Source: Octopus vulgaris
Taxonomy: Eukaryota
NCBI GenBank assembly: GCA_951406725.2
Contig: OX597817.1
Span: forward strand, 106,020,001 to 106,084,000
Reading direction: 5' to 3'
DNA: 64,000 nt
The notes beneath the pieces were generated by a model, which saw only the letters and a program-made list of their open reading frames with translations, had not been told where the DNA came from and did not search any database. Both the position numbers and the translations under genes were made by a program. How positions within the stretch are numbered: the stretch's first letter is position 1; the number at the start of each line of letters is the position of its first letter. Of the stretch, positions 26,700 through 40,870 are shown piece after piece.

Positions 26700-28072
26700 G
26701 CATGTTATATAAGTTGACTAAAAGTACTAGGGACAGAAAGTGTACAGAGCCACATTCCAGGGAGAAAAACTAGAAGTAGATAGCTTCCGTTACCTAGGGG
26801 ACCAAGTCATTAGCGGAGGGTGGATGCTCTGAAAGTGTAGGATAAGAATAGCCTGGGCAAAGTTCAGAGAGCTCCTACCTCTGCTTGCTCAGAGTAAAAG
26901 GTAGACTGTATGATGCATGTGTATGAACAGCCATGCTACATGGCAGTGAAACATGGGCCATGACTGCTGAGGACATGCATAAGCTTGCAAGGAATGAAGC
27001 CAGTATGCTCCGCTGGATGTGTAATGTCAGTGTGCATACACGACAGAGTGTAAGCACCCTGAGAGAAAAGTTGGATTTAAGAAGCATCAGATGTGGTGTA
27101 CAAGAGAGACAACTGTGCTGGTATGGTCATGTGTTGCAAATGAATGAGGACAGCTGTGTGAAAAAGTGTGGAAGAGGTAGACCCAGGAAGACCTGAGATG
27201 AGGTGTTGAAGCACGACCTTCGAACAATGGGCCTTACCAAGGCAATGACTAGTGACCAAGACCTTTGGAGATATGCTGTGCTTGAGAAGACCCAACAAGC
27301 CAAGTGAGACCATAGCTCATGGCCTATGCCAGTGGGTATAACCAGCCCACAAATGAACACCCCTCATTCATTGGACAATAAACCTTGAAGACCTATTGAA
27401 GCAAGTGAAATCAAAATTAAAATTGCTGACGTGGCTGATGACAGTACCATCTGCTTGGCACTCATGCCAGTGGAACATTAAAAGCACATCCAAACATGAG
27501 GTGTGACGGGCCCACTTGTGAGTTTCCCTCATTCGTTGGACAATGAACTTTGCTTGCAAAGACCTATTGAGGCAAGTGTAAACAAATCAAAATGACGTGG
27601 CCAATGACAGTACCACCTGATTGGCACTCGTGCCAGTGGAACGTTAAAAGCACACCTGAGTTTGATCGTTGCCAGGGCCACAGATTGGCTCCCATGCCAG
27701 TGACACTTGAAAAGCACCATTCAAGCGTGATCATTGCCAGTGTTGTCTTACCAGCACATGTGCCAGTGGCACGTGAAAAACAACATTCAAGCATGATCGT
27801 TGCCAATGCCACTGGACTGGCTCCCGTGCAGGTAGCATGTAAAAACACCCTTTGAGCGTGGTCATTGCCAGAACTGCCTGACAGGCCCTCTTGCTGGTGG
27901 CACATAAGAGCACCCACTACACTTTCGGAGTGGTTGGCATTAGGAAGGGCATCCAGCTGTAGAAACTGTGCTAGATCAGATTGAGCCTGGTGCAGCCTCT
28001 GGCTCACCAGTTCTCAGTCAAACCATCCAACCCATGACGGCATGGAAAGCGGATGTTAAATGATGATGATGA

Positions 28073-28076
<4 letters not shown>
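26700..28076 (+). mobile_element. 5'-truncated RTE-clade LINE (RT C-terminus + repetitive 3'UTR + (GAT)n tail)
   Basis: Translates to GEKLEVDSFRYLG…MLHGSETWAMTAEDMHKLARNEASMLRWMCNV…WYGHV…GRGRPRKT, a typical RTE RT C-terminus, with stops and deletions. The 3'UTR has ~50-bp subrepeats and ends in gatgatgat. Confidence 0.92.
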
Positions 28077-28124
<48 letters not shown>

Positions 28125-28269
28125 CTTCCAGTGTGCCAGTAACTTTTTTATTTGATCTCCAGTGTGCTTCAAAGTCAAAAAGACTGAGAACCATTAATGT
28201 AAAGTTTAATATGAATTATTTAGAGATAAGCTCTTTTCAATCAAACAACTTATCAGTCTGAAGTTGTGT

Positions 28270-28318
<49 letters not shown>

Positions 28319-28736
28319 AAGAGAGAGAGAGCAATGCTAAAAGAAAAGAGAAAAAAGACTGTTATCGAAGCAGCTCTACCCTTGCTTACCAGTGAGGTTT
28401 GATGAGAAATATGATAATTATTAACCGAAAACTATAGGACAGTGATCTAATCAACAAATAGCCTCTCAAGTTAAACATTTAAAGGGTAGAGCAAAAGTGC
28501 CAGAAAATAAAGTATCTACCAACAAATATACTGTTTATACATTTTTTATCATGTATATCATTGTATTCATTGCTGTGACATTTACACTTAATGACAAAGA
28601 TAATATCAATGTAACTAATCAATAATGTTATTTATATGGTATATTCTCTATGATGCAGGCACGGCTGTATAGTTAAGAAGTTTGCATTGCAACAGCTTTG
28701 GATTCTCTACCACTGTGAAGCATCTTGGGTATGGTC

Positions 28737-28772
28737 TTCTTCATCCATTGCCTAATGGCAATGGATGAAGAA
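28737..28772. repeat. Perfect 16-bp hairpin at the truncation point of a family A SINE head (28655-28740)
   Basis: ttcttcatccattgcc-taat-ggcaatggatgaagaa. Confidence 0.9.
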
Positions 28773-28949
28773 AACAATGGTAAACTCTGCCGCAGCCTAT
28801 CAGTTGGCTTGTTCTTGTTCTGGCTATCCTGGTCTAGTTAGACATCTTTATTTAAAATGGTAGAATGTGATTTGTGGGTGATTTGGCTGCTGATTCTAGC
28901 AAGCCAAGGCATATTTTGAGGCTCAATCATTGACTAAAAATACTTGACA

Positions 28950-30320
28950 TAAAATTATATGCGATAGCAAACTGTATGTAAAAGTCATGTGCAAAAACTA
29001 TCTGTAAAAACAAACCATATATAAAAACTATATGCAAAAACAAACCATATATATATAGATGATGATGATGATGATGATATATATATGTATGTATGTATAT
29101 ATGTATGTAAATATATATGTATGTATATATGTATATGTAAAAAATATGATATGTAAAAACAATATTAAAAACAAATCATATATAATGACCATGTCAAAAC
29201 TGTTAAAGCTACTAGTAAAAGCTATGTAAATAAAACAAACTAGTTGTGAAGTATGTAAAAATTATATGTACAAATAAACTATATTTAAAAGCTTTATGTA
29301 CAATCTCTGCAAAAACAAACTGTATATAAAATAAACAAAGCAGGAACCATTTGTAAAAATACTGTTATATGTATATATAAAAACTAACCATATGTGAAAA
29401 TAAATATATGTAAAACTATATGTATAAAACTACTGTGTGTAAAAAAAAAAGTGAAGGCATGTATTGGAGTGGTTTGGGTATTGAGTTCATTAGGTTGTGT
29501 GTTCAATTCTCAGACCAAGCTGCACGATATGTCCTTGAGCAAGGCATTTCATTTCACATTGTTTCAGTTCACTCAACTGAAAATAAATACCAGTGAGTGA
29601 CAGCTGGAGTGAGATGGGGATGGGATAGTGGGTACCCCCTGCAACAGACTGGCGTCATATTCAGTGGGGAGTCCTGTACTCTCAGTCATTTAAATGCAAT
29701 GGAAACTGGAATAAGCCCCCAGGCTATTAGGCTTGTCAGCTCGACAGAAAGTAAAAGCTATCTACAAAATCAAACCATACGTAAAGTTATTCTTTTACTT
29801 GTTTCAGTTAATTGACTGTGATCATGCTGGAGCACCACCTTAAAGGGTTTCAGTCAAAGAAATCAACCCCAGGGCTTATTCTTTGTAAGCCTAATACTTA
29901 TTCTATCAGTCTCTTTTGCCGAACTGCTAAGTTACAGGGACATAAACACACCAGCATCAGTTGTCAAATATTGGTTGGGGGACAAACAGACACACATACA
30001 CATAAATATACATACATATATATATATACATGACAGGCTTCTTTCAGTTTCTGTCTACCAAACACAAACTTCTGTTGCCCCAAGGCTATAGTAGAAAACA
30101 CTTGCCCAAGGTGCCATGCAGTGGGACTGAACCTGGAACCATGTGGCTGGGAAGCAAGCTTCTTACCACACTGCCACACCTGCACCCATACATAACAAAA
30201 TAACAACAGAAAAAAATCTGTGGGTAAACCATATGTAAAACTATATATATATATAATGGCATGTGTAAAGCTACATGTATAAACTATATGTAAAAACAAA
30301 CAATATTTAGTTGTAAAAGC
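28950..30320. repeat. Degenerate A-rich minisatellite (aaac[c/t]atatgtaaaaa) split by two SINEs (29452-29760 +, 29789-30187 -)
   Basis: The motif recurs at 28950-29440 and resumes at 30190-30320 after the SINEs. Confidence 0.7.
29789..30187 (-). mobile_element. SINE family A
   Basis: Reverse complement of family A. Confidence 0.88.
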
Positions 30321-30644
30321 CAATCATAATAAAGGAGAACCTATAACTTCATAAATGAACAAGATTTTCTCTATTAGAAAATGCAATCACTATCTATGAC
30401 ACCAGCTAGACACCTTGTACGATATGATATCTAATAGATAGAGGCTGTTCATATAATGAGAGAAGATATGGCAATTGCAAGCCTAGTATATATATAGAAG
30501 ACTGCAACATCTGATTTTAATATGCTTGTGAGGTGATAAATGAATAATATTGTATAATCCATTTTAAAGATTATACTAAGATTTTTTTTTTAATACAAGG
30601 ATGCTGCTATATCTTAACGCAATAAACAATATTTAACACTCTAT

Positions 30645-30862
30645 AAGGTGGTGAGCTGGCAGAAACATTAGCACACCAGGCAAAATGCTTAGTGGTATTT
30701 CATCTGTCTCTACATTCTGAGTTCAAATTCCACTGAGATTGACTTTGCCTTTTATCCTTGTAGGGTCAATAAATTAAGTACCAGTTGTGTACTGGGGTTG
30801 ATCTAATCAACTGTCATCCTCCCCAAAAATTTTGGGCCTTGTGCTTAGAGTAGAGAAGAATA
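30645..30862 (+). mobile_element. SINE family C
   Basis: aaggtggtgagctggcagaaac…gagttcaaattcc (B-box-like)…aagtaccagttg. Confidence 0.85.
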
Positions 30863-31261
30863 TAACTATGCTACATAAATATGTTTCTATGCATTCATAT
30901 ACTTATATTTTTAGTTTTCTTACTAATGCTAAAGCTATTAGGTTATTATTAATTGCTGGATAGTAGCCATGCTGGGGCACTTAGTATTGGCTCCAATAGT
31001 TTGTCTGTAACTTATTTTTTCCATCTCAGTAGAAAGAGAAGCAAAGTTGCCCTAGGTGCAAAAGAAACAGAACACTATATCTGAAGGTATTTTTGTCTGA
31101 CACTCTGAATCAGTTGCATTCCAAGACATACATACATGTATACATAAACACATAAACACACACACTCACATTTGAAGGTGTCAGTAATGCTGTTAGCCAC
31201 AATCAATAAAAATGTACTTGGCACATGGAATGTAGACTTGATATATATATATATATATATG

Positions 31262-31321
<60 letters not shown>

Positions 31322-31322
<1 letters not shown>

Positions 31323-31713
31323 CTTTTATCGTTTCTTTGTGTCAGTCATTGGGTTGTGGTCATATTGGAGCACCACCTTGAAGAGTTTAGCTGAATAAAT
31401 TAATCTCAGTACTTATTCCCCCACTACCACTTCTTAAAAGTTTGGTGCTTATTCTATCTCTTTCACTAAACAGCAAAGTTTTGAGGACATAAACAAACCA
31501 ACACTAGCTGTTGAGTAGCGGAGGGACAAACATACATATATACAAATATGATGGGCTTCCACACAGTTTCTCTCTACTAAATTCACTCACAAAGACATTG
31601 GCCAACCCAGGGTATAACAGGAGACATTTGCCCAAGGTGCTGTATAGAAGGATTGAACTAAAAACCACATGGTTGCAAAGTGAGCTCCTTAACCACACAG
31701 CCATGCCTGCACC
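31322..31713 (-). mobile_element. SINE family A (older)
   Basis: Reverse complement of family A. Confidence 0.8.
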
Positions 31714-32014
31714 TATGTATGACAGGCTTCAACTCTGTTTTAATTTTTTTTTAATTTTAACTCAGAAGCATTTGACTGAACCTGATGTTATGATAGAAAA
31801 TACTTGACCAGGATTGAATCTTGAACCATGAAGATTGTGAAGTGAACTTCTTAACTACAGAGGCCATCCCTGATCTATTGATGTTCTTTCTCATATAAAA
31901 CTAACAGAATGATAAGTCTTGACAAAACCTGACAACCCTACTAAAGAGAGTAATATTTCAATAACATGAAAGATATTGCTTTATGTAATGTTGTCATTGC
32001 GTGTAGGTCTAGAT

Positions 32015-32273
32015 GAGTGGTTCTCAACCAAGGTCCATATGGTCCTTGGTGGGTGGGGAGGGTTCATATAAGATTTTGTTAAAATTTATCTACAACATAT
32101 TGGTTTTGTTTGAACAATACACAAAATATTTTGACAATTTTTTTTATACAATTCCTAATAATATTATAAAAGTGTAAAGATTGAATTAAACATTAAAATG
32201 GCTAAGAGGGTCCATATGAATAAAAGAAGAATTAAATGGGGCCCAAGAGTAAAAAAATGGTTGAGAAACACTG
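32015..32273. mobile_element. hAT (Charlie-like) MITE
   Basis: TIRs gagtggttctcaacc / ggttgagaaacactg. The 8-bp flanks gtctagat / ttttagat fit the NTCTAGAN Charlie target preference. Confidence 0.8.
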
Positions 32274-33329
32274 TTTTAGATCATCCTTAACTGAACATCC
32301 CTAATATGAAGGACATGTATCCATTATGATCTAGTCCTGTGATTTAAAGGATTTGACTGCTAGTTTTAGCAATTAAGACTATTGTGCTTAATCTCCCTTG
32401 TTGACTTGCTGTTTGAATTATATATAAGCATGAATCACAGAATATTGTTGTTTGTTATTCTTGTTTACTGCCATGTCAGCCCTGATCATGTAGACCTATG
32501 GACAAAGATGTTTTCTCTGTAACCATCTTGCCTTTCTTCTTTCCTGAATTTGTCCTTCTTCTTTTGAAGTAGGAAAGTGCCATATGAAGATGATATGCCT
32601 GTCATTTCTGTGAGATCAAATGACCACTTAGTGGTAATGTTGTTGGCACTTCAAACCAAGCTAGATATGGAAGTTGTATTCCATGAATCAGAACAAAGAA
32701 AACCTGCTACCTAATTATTCATGTGCATGTGTGTGTGTTATAAGTGGTAATCCCCAGAAATTCTTGGATTATAGATATAATCACAACAGAGCAAAGCTTT
32801 GTAAATCCATCTATCACAGTTATACTCTCAAAGACAATTGAACAGGGACAGTTGAAAGCTAAACAAATTAATACTTGTCAAATTTACAATGTTCCTACTA
32901 ATTATAACAACCAAGATTTCTTCTTAACTTATCATTTAGTTCATATTTACAGCTAGGTTGGGTGACCCATTTAAGTGTTTCGGCACAGACTCATCATATT
33001 ACTTGTGGCCAACTTCTTAAGTCATTTCAGAGATTATCGATTTAAGGAGTTTTACTCTCTAAACAAAAGTTCTGTTGAAGACTTCAGGAAATTTTCAAAC
33101 ATTTGTGTTCAAGTCTTCATATGGCCTTGGAAAAGGAAAGAGCTTGTGTCTGGGGCGAGTCATTCTCATTTGGTGCCTTTATAATTTAACACACTCACTG
33201 GTAATATTTCCACTTATTTCTTTTATATTTTTCTAAAATTTTCGTTGCGTCTTGTAACCTTTTAAATAGTTTTGACTCTGCCTGTTACTCACACTACATT
33301 CCTTTTGTTTGTGCACATGTGTGTGGATC

Positions 33330-33363
33330 AGTGTGTTTGTGTGTGTGTGTGCGTGTGTGTGTG

Positions 33364-33401
<38 letters not shown>

Positions 33402-33600
33402 ATACATGCATGTATGTATGCATGTATGTGTGTGTGTGCATATGTATCTATTTATGTGTGTACATTTCTATGTACATATTCTACATATTCATGTGTTTGC
33501 ATGTCCATGCTTGTGTGTTTTTATGTATATGTGTGTGTGTTTGTATATGTGTGTGTACCTGTCTCCTTGTGTGTGCATGTCTGAGTGTGTGTGTGTGTTT
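33330..33600. repeat. (TG)n/(TA)n-derived low-complexity tract
   Basis: Seen directly in the sequence. Confidence 0.9.
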
Positions 33601-33809
33601 TGCAACTATGTACCGTGTTTGTATGTATGGATGCGCATATTGTCTCAAATGTTCATTTAGCCATTCCTTTGAGACAATATGTGGACAAAAAACAATCCTC
33701 CATACTCTACCAACATGGAGGCAACCAGGGTCAACTTGACATCCGCATCTTATCCAAGCACCCAAAGGACCCAATACTCAAACAAATACGGGAGTATGTC
33801 CTCAAATGA

Positions 33810-33970
33810 CCAGCCTTGTCATATACTGTGTCACACTGAATCTCCTTGAGAACTACATTAAGGGTATATGTGCCTGTGGAGTGCTCAGCCACTTGCACGT
33901 TAATTTCATGAGCAGGCTATCTTGTTGCCTTGATCAACTGGAACACCTGTCGTCGTGATCAACAAAGTGC
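33810..33970 (+). mobile_element. SINE family D 3' fragment
   Basis: Reverse complement of 18515-18675 (gtggagtgctcagccactt…ttaatttcatgagcaggct). Confidence 0.85.
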
Positions 33971-34952
33971 TAGTATATGCGTATATATATATATATATAT
34001 ATATGGATTTAGCATAACATGCCTGTATATGAGATTTGTATTACTATGGTTTTATATGAAAGTGATGAATACACATGTATGATGGAGTATATAAAGTCAC
34101 ATACATGCTTATATATATTTAATTACTTTTATAAATCTTATATATAATTAAATTATATCTATTTAATGGTTTCACACAGGTGTCTTTAATGAATGATTAC
34201 ATACACATATATATACATGTATATTTGTATGTACGTGTGTGTGTTGACAAAAATCACATGAATAGTATGAATAAGATCATGAAGGAAGGAGATGGCATAC
34301 AAATGAATAATATATGGAACCAGACATGTAGAAGCACATGATTGAAAGAGCATAAAAACACAGAGCAAAAAATATAAATTTATTCAGAGTACAATGAAGG
34401 TAAATATTCAGACATGAAAAGAAAAAGTATCAAGAAAGGTAAGAGAAAGAGGAAAAACTATGACATCAAACCCGTAATGTCTGTGTACTTAGCAGGTCAA
34501 AGGTAAACGTAGATATAAATGTACTCCTGTATTTGTAACAACAAGGCTTACAGATACAAAATAAAGAAAACCATTCTTCAGGAACTAGAGTGTGTTAGTT
34601 TTCTTTATTGAATTTCACAGGGATAATTCTGTTCAATTGAAACAGGATTAGATCTGTAAAACACCAAATAATGTGTGTGTGTGTGTATGTGTGCGTGCAT
34701 GTGTGTGTGTGTATGTGTGTGCGTGTGTGTGTGTGTATGTGTGTGGGTGAGTGTGTGTGCATGTGTGCGTGCATGTGTGTTGTTCAGCTCCCAAAGTAAA
34801 TTTGATATGTTTTTTCCAGACAAAGTGTATCTGCAATGCGTTATTCTTTTTCAAGATGAGATATGTTTCAGTATAAACTTAGCAGCTATTTCATGCAGAT
34901 CAAGCAACCACTTAAAGATCACCTTGTTAGCTTCTCTGTGTGTATGTATAAA

Positions 34953-35022
<70 letters not shown>

Positions 35023-36314
35023 TATACACACACACAATGCATAAGGAATTATAAATAATGGTTCTTAATACGTTTGATAAGATACTCCTTGATAATGGTA
35101 AAAGTGGAATTGAACCACTTATTTGTCATGCAGGAAGTGACTATGACACCAAAGCAAACTAACAACTCACAAATATCAGAATGTTTATCACCGTCAACTC
35201 GTAGATGACTGAGCATGTGCATCTATTTCAGTTGATGGTTCTGGTCTTATTTTCCTCATCAATATGTATCTTACATGATACATATGTATAAAGGACTTTT
35301 ATTTATAGCTTCATTTACATTTGTAGCAACATCTTAAATACATGCTGTACATTCATACATACATAGATATATACACACATGCACACACACACATGTATAT
35401 ATACATATATATATACAACTATATTGTCCATCATAACAACAGTAAAAGTTGGCAGTATTATATTTTCTGTGATACACATGAGTATGTGCACACATACACA
35501 AAACCACACAAACACACATAAGCATTCATACACTTACATATAGGTATGTATACTTTTACTTTACATACATACACATAGTTTATACCAATAAATATGTATT
35601 TCTGTGCATGTGTGTGTGTCCGCATAGCTTCTTGGTTACAAGGACCTTTCTCCTATGGGCTACTCCTACAAATGGAACATATTTGGAATCAAGATAACCC
35701 TGGGTATGTTTCTCTGCTACTTTGGTCCACAGGTTTGTAACACAAATACAGACCACCCTATAACACTTTCAGTTCTTGCAGTCAGGAAAATGTAAACTTA
35801 GAACTATAACAATGAATGCAAAAGTACAGAAAGCAAACAATCTGAATATTGTTGAGAGAATCATATTTAACCAATTCAAAAACTGAATGGCAAGTAATAA
35901 GACTAATTAACACTTTTGGAACTCTTTTAATTTTCACATATATTTAAGCACTAAAACACACTTTGTGTTGGTTGGAGTAAGATACCAATGAATTGCAATT
36001 TTGACATTGATTTAACCCTTTATCTCCAGACAAAATCCATGGAACATGAAGTGATAGTCTGTTTCCTCATATTTAATCCATTTCTCCAAAAAGGAAAAAT
36101 TTCTTATTTTGCATGATGAGTTAACTTAATTTTTCTTTCAGATAGTTTTAGAAGTGAAATTAGAGTTCAGAAATAGTAAAAATTATTTTGAAATAATATT
36201 AGAAAATTTGTGCACATTGATATGAAGCTAGAAAGTTGGCAAAAAAAGATAACAAGTGAGGAGAAATGATAAACTAGCAAAAAAAATAATACAATACAGA
36301 AGCCAGGGTAGCAT

Positions 36315-36353
36315 ATGTATGTATATACACAATCATATAAATTTGCACATGTG

Positions 36354-36387
<34 letters not shown>

Positions 36388-36507
36388 TATATACCTATTC
36401 ACATACACATGCATATATATATATACACTTACATATACATATATGTATATATCTAAATAGATGCATATGTGTATATATTTATATATACTTATATATATTC
36501 ACGTATT

Positions 36508-36542
<35 letters not shown>

Positions 36543-36563
36543 AATATATATATACACGTGTGT

Positions 36564-36594
<31 letters not shown>

Positions 36595-36674
36595 GTCTAT
36601 ATATATATATATATATATACATACATATATATATATATATATACACATATATATATATATATATATATACATAC

Positions 36675-36727
<53 letters not shown>

Positions 36728-36760
36728 TCACATACATATATATACACACACATGGACATT
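36315..36760. repeat. Large (TA)n/(TACA)n mosaic microsatellite
   Basis: Seen directly in the sequence. Confidence 0.95.
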
Positions 36761-37311
36761 AAATGATGATGATGATGAGTCACTTGCACACACACACACA
36801 CCATGTATGTATATTTAAATAGTTTATATGAAATTCATATGATTGTGTGTATGCTTGAGTGCCACATGGATTTGTGTGAATGCATGAATTCATGTGTGGG
36901 CATGGAGAACAGTCTTTTTGGTTTAACAATCAAAAAACCATTCTTATTACAAAAAAATAGCTAAAAGTGCCAGTCCACTAATACCATATCAAACTCACTC
37001 ATCTGTGTTTTTCTCTAAATGATAACAGCTGAAGATCAAGAAGCTTGCTCTTAACTGTGTACAGACACTCTTATAAAAACATAAGGATATTCACTTAGCA
37101 GCGGGAGTTTGAGAATCTTGCTATGAGGTATGGTGTTATACCTACAGCCGAAAACCAGATATATTCACTATATGCACATGGTTCTTGTTCTCTACATACA
37201 CACAAGCAAATGTGCGCATAAACGCGCAAATGCATGCAGGTACACACACACACACACATAAATGCCTTGAAAATAAAACATTTAAGTGCTGCCTGACTAA
37301 TGTGACATTGA

Positions 37312-37347
<36 letters not shown>

Positions 37348-38064
37348 TTGCATTTGTGTGTATACACACACATATATATGTATATATGTGTGTGTGTGTA
37401 TGCACATACACACACACACACGCGCGCGCAGACATATGTTTCATAAAATATGTGTGTTTCATTAAATACACGGTTGCGTCCAAGTTCAATTTTTCTTTTT
37501 GAAATTTTTTATATTATCAAGTTTTTTTACTGTTGGTTTGGAACATTAAAGTTCCTAAATTCACATTCAACATTTCCAGACTTTCACTGTCTTATTTTGA
37601 AGAATTGACTGGATTTGGCATCTGCTTGTTTTTTTTTATATAGTGCTTCAATTCATGTAAACTTTTCTGACAAAGACTTTTTGACCATTAAGCTTCTATG
37701 TCAATGATGCCATATTAATATATTTTGTTGTGATCAAAATTTTTTACCATTACATTTTCATAGCAGTAGCCACATGTTAATTCTGTGATATGGGTGCTAT
37801 TTGAATGTTTGTTTTGACATTATGCTGCTGTATAAGTATTGCTTTCATAGTTAATCTCCAATTTTTATCTGGGATTTTTATAGAATGCCTAAACATTATC
37901 CTCTTGTGTTTTTTTATCTAACATTGTTTTGTGGAGTGGTATAAGATTTTAGGATTGTTCCTTATTGTAAGTGCATGGTGAGCCTACAAGAGAGGATTGT
38001 ACTTGTACATCTGATGAAACAGCTAGAATCAAGATATATATATAAATTATTTACAAATGCTGCT

Positions 38065-38109
<45 letters not shown>

Positions 38110-38111
38110 TC

Positions 38112-38486
38112 TTTCATTCTTTTACTTGTTTCAATCATTTGACTGTGGCCATGCTTGAGTACTGCCTTTAGTCGAGCATATCACACCCAGGACTTATTCT
38201 TTGTAAGCCTAGTACTTATTCTATCGGTCTCTTCTGCCAAACTGCAACACTCCAACATCAGTTGTCAAGCAATGGTTGGGGGAACAAACACAGATGCACA
38301 AATATATATGTATATGTATATACGACGGGCTTCTTTCAGTTTCTATCAACCAAATCCACTCACAAGGCTTCGGTTGGCCCAAGGCTATAGTAGAAGACAC
38401 TTGCCCAAGGTGCCACACAACAGGACTGAACTCAGAACCATGTGGTTGGGAAGCAAGCTTCTTACTATACAGCCACGCCTGTGCCT
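38112..38486 (-). mobile_element. SINE family A
   Basis: Reverse complement of family A. Confidence 0.88.
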
Positions 38487-38800
38487 GTATATATATATAT
38501 ATATGAGATATATATAAATTACATATGCATATATATATATATATATAACACATATGTATGTAAGTTATGTATATGTATATATAAAAGAAGAAACTCAAGA
38601 TATAAATCAGGGATATATGTTATTTATTTGCTATGATGTTTGCATACATGACACAGTTTTATGCCAAAGTAATCATCAAAACTTTGGCCAGTTCTTTGGC
38701 ATGATCCTTAAGTCTCTGTGGCATTTACATAGCTTTGCAACTACTAAATAATATACCATACATAAATACATCACACGTATGCACACATGCATATGCATAT

Positions 38801-38994
38801 ATTTTACTTGTTTCAGTCATTGGACTGTGACCCTGTGACCGTGCTTGAACTTATTCTCTCTATCTCTTTTGTCTAAACCACTAAGTTACAGGGATGTAAA
38901 CAAACCAGCAGCAGTTGTGAAGCAGTGGTGGAGGACAAACATACCACAGACACAAAGACACACATTAAAATATACATGCACACACACACACACA

Positions 38995-39046
<52 letters not shown>

Positions 39047-39290
39047 AAAAATATATATAAAAATATATATAAAAATACAAAATGGGACAAGAACGCAAAA
39101 CATTCAAATAGACGATACAAAAAACGGACGGGTCATTCAAAGCCTCTAATCTTCAGTCAAGAACCGGATCATCCTCGCAATTTCGGCTAATGCCAGGCTT
39201 CTTTCAGTTCCAGTCTACCAAATCTACTCACAAGGCTTTGATTGGCCCAGGGCTATAGTAGAAGACACATGCCCAAGATGCCACATCTAA
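38801..39290 (-). mobile_element. SINE family A interrupted in its central microsatellite by a CpG-rich foreign fragment (39070-39190)
   Basis: SINE tail at 38801-38960 and head part at 39195-39290. The insert is unrelated to the SINE. Confidence 0.7.
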
Positions 39291-39954
39291 GCAAATAGTC
39301 ATTTTACTCTTTTTTATTCTTGCCACCAGATTCTTCTTTCTTATTACATACAATTAGATTCAATCTGTCAATCTAACTCTTTTGTCTTCCTGGCACTCAT
39401 TTTATCACCAACGTTGATTTTGATTTTCCTCAAACAGAAAGTTGGAAATAAATATTAACCTTAAGTTGACCAGCACAAACAAGCTGGGAGTTAGGCTGTC
39501 TTTATAATTATCATCATTGTAATGTCTACTTTTCTATGTCAGATGGAGTTTATTGAAGCAGATTTTTTATGGCCAGATGTCCATTCTGTTGTCACCCTTC
39601 ACCTGTTTTCCAAACCAGGCAATATTTCTCCATTGCTGGACATGCTTTTTTTTACAGATGAGACAAAGAACATTTGTATGACAGTGACTATCATTTTACA
39701 ATTATCACATAGTGTCAAAACAAGGACACACACACACACACACATGCACACACGCACGCACACACACACATACATACATACATACATACATACATACATA
39801 CATACATACATACATACATACACACACACATACATACATACATACATACATACATACATACATGACTGGCTTCTTTCAGTCTCCATCAACCAAATCTATT
39901 CACAAGGCTTTAGCTTGCCCAGGACCATAGTAAAAATATAAAGAATTTTAGTCT

Positions 39955-40345
39955 TCACCTTGAAGAATTTTAGTCAAATATATTGACAAATTGACACCAT
40001 TACATTTTTTTTAAGCCTGTTACTTATTCTCTTGGTATCTTATACTGCACTGTTAAATTACAGGGACATAAACACACCAGTACCAGTTGTCAAGCCATAC
40101 TGGGGAATGAACACAGACCCAAAGATATATACATACACTCATAAAAAGATTTGTCATATATATATATTATACATACACATACATGAGAGACTTCTTTCAG
40201 TTTCCATCTACCAAATCTACTCACAAAGCTTTGTTCAGTCCAAGGCTATGGCAAAAGACACTTGCTCTAGGTGCCATATAGAAGGACCTAAACTGAAATC
40301 CTATGGTTGGGAAGCAAACTTTTTACCATGCAGCCATGTCCACAC
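39955..40345 (-). mobile_element. SINE family A (with an additional head fragment at 39865-39935)
   Basis: Reverse complement of family A. Confidence 0.75.
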
Positions 40346-40794
40346 CCTAAATTTAATATCTTGAGCCATTAAAAACAAACTTTTAAAGCCACTTGTTTAT
40401 TTGTTACCCTTAATTACAACTACTTAGAAGCCTCTCTTGTTGTATTTCCTAGTTGACTTCCCGGAATATGTGGAAGGAGTGGTGTTCTGAAAACTATTTA
40501 TTTAGTTATTTTTCTTTTTCAAATTGTCAGTTCTGAGTGAGCCGTTATTTCAAAAGCCGATTTTGTTTTTAATATTTCTATTTCAATATTTTTTTAATAT
40601 GGAACACAAACACATATATATATATATGGTATATATATGTATATTCGCCAGTGTTCGTTATTTTACCCTCGTTCTGTTCTAATGACCCTCCATGTTTGTT
40701 TACGTTTGGTTTCCTTGTATGTCTCCACTGTCCTGTTTTGTTCCTAACTTTGACCCTCCATAAATCCAAAATGTTATTTTGGTATTTATGGGAG

Positions 40795-40870
40795 CAACTG
40801 TCTTTGAAGATTCATATTTCATTCAATGCTCGAAATGAGGAATAGATAGACAGCTGACAACTGATGAAGG
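40795..40870 (+). ncRNA. Degenerate hammerhead-like motif within a pLTR-like fragment (40640-40935)
   Basis: Reads caactgtct-TTGAAGA…C-GAAA…agacagctg with stem I 8/9 paired, followed by a second CTGATGA. Stems II and III are decayed. Confidence 0.35.

Noticed and set aside
32955-32997. Minus-strand AUGAUGA-GUCUGUGCC-GAAAC…GUC hammerhead-like string
   Set aside because: C3 is missing and there is no stem I complementarity. Too decayed to call, though it may be a remnant.
35189-35241. Hairpin accgtcaact…tagatg…catcta…agttgatggt as a pre-miRNA or HHR
   Set aside because: The stem is too short and bulged for a confident pre-miRNA, and the A15.1-U16.1 pair needed for an HHR is absent.
36141-36255. 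Strong splice acceptors at 16020 and 36140
   Set aside because: The downstream frames inspected close quickly and show no recognisable protein. Pyrimidine tracts ending in AG are common in DNA of this composition.
38011-38027. CTGATGAAACAGCT (both HHR half-cores fused)
   Set aside because: There is no stem II and no cleavage triplet or stem I, so it cannot be distinguished from chance.
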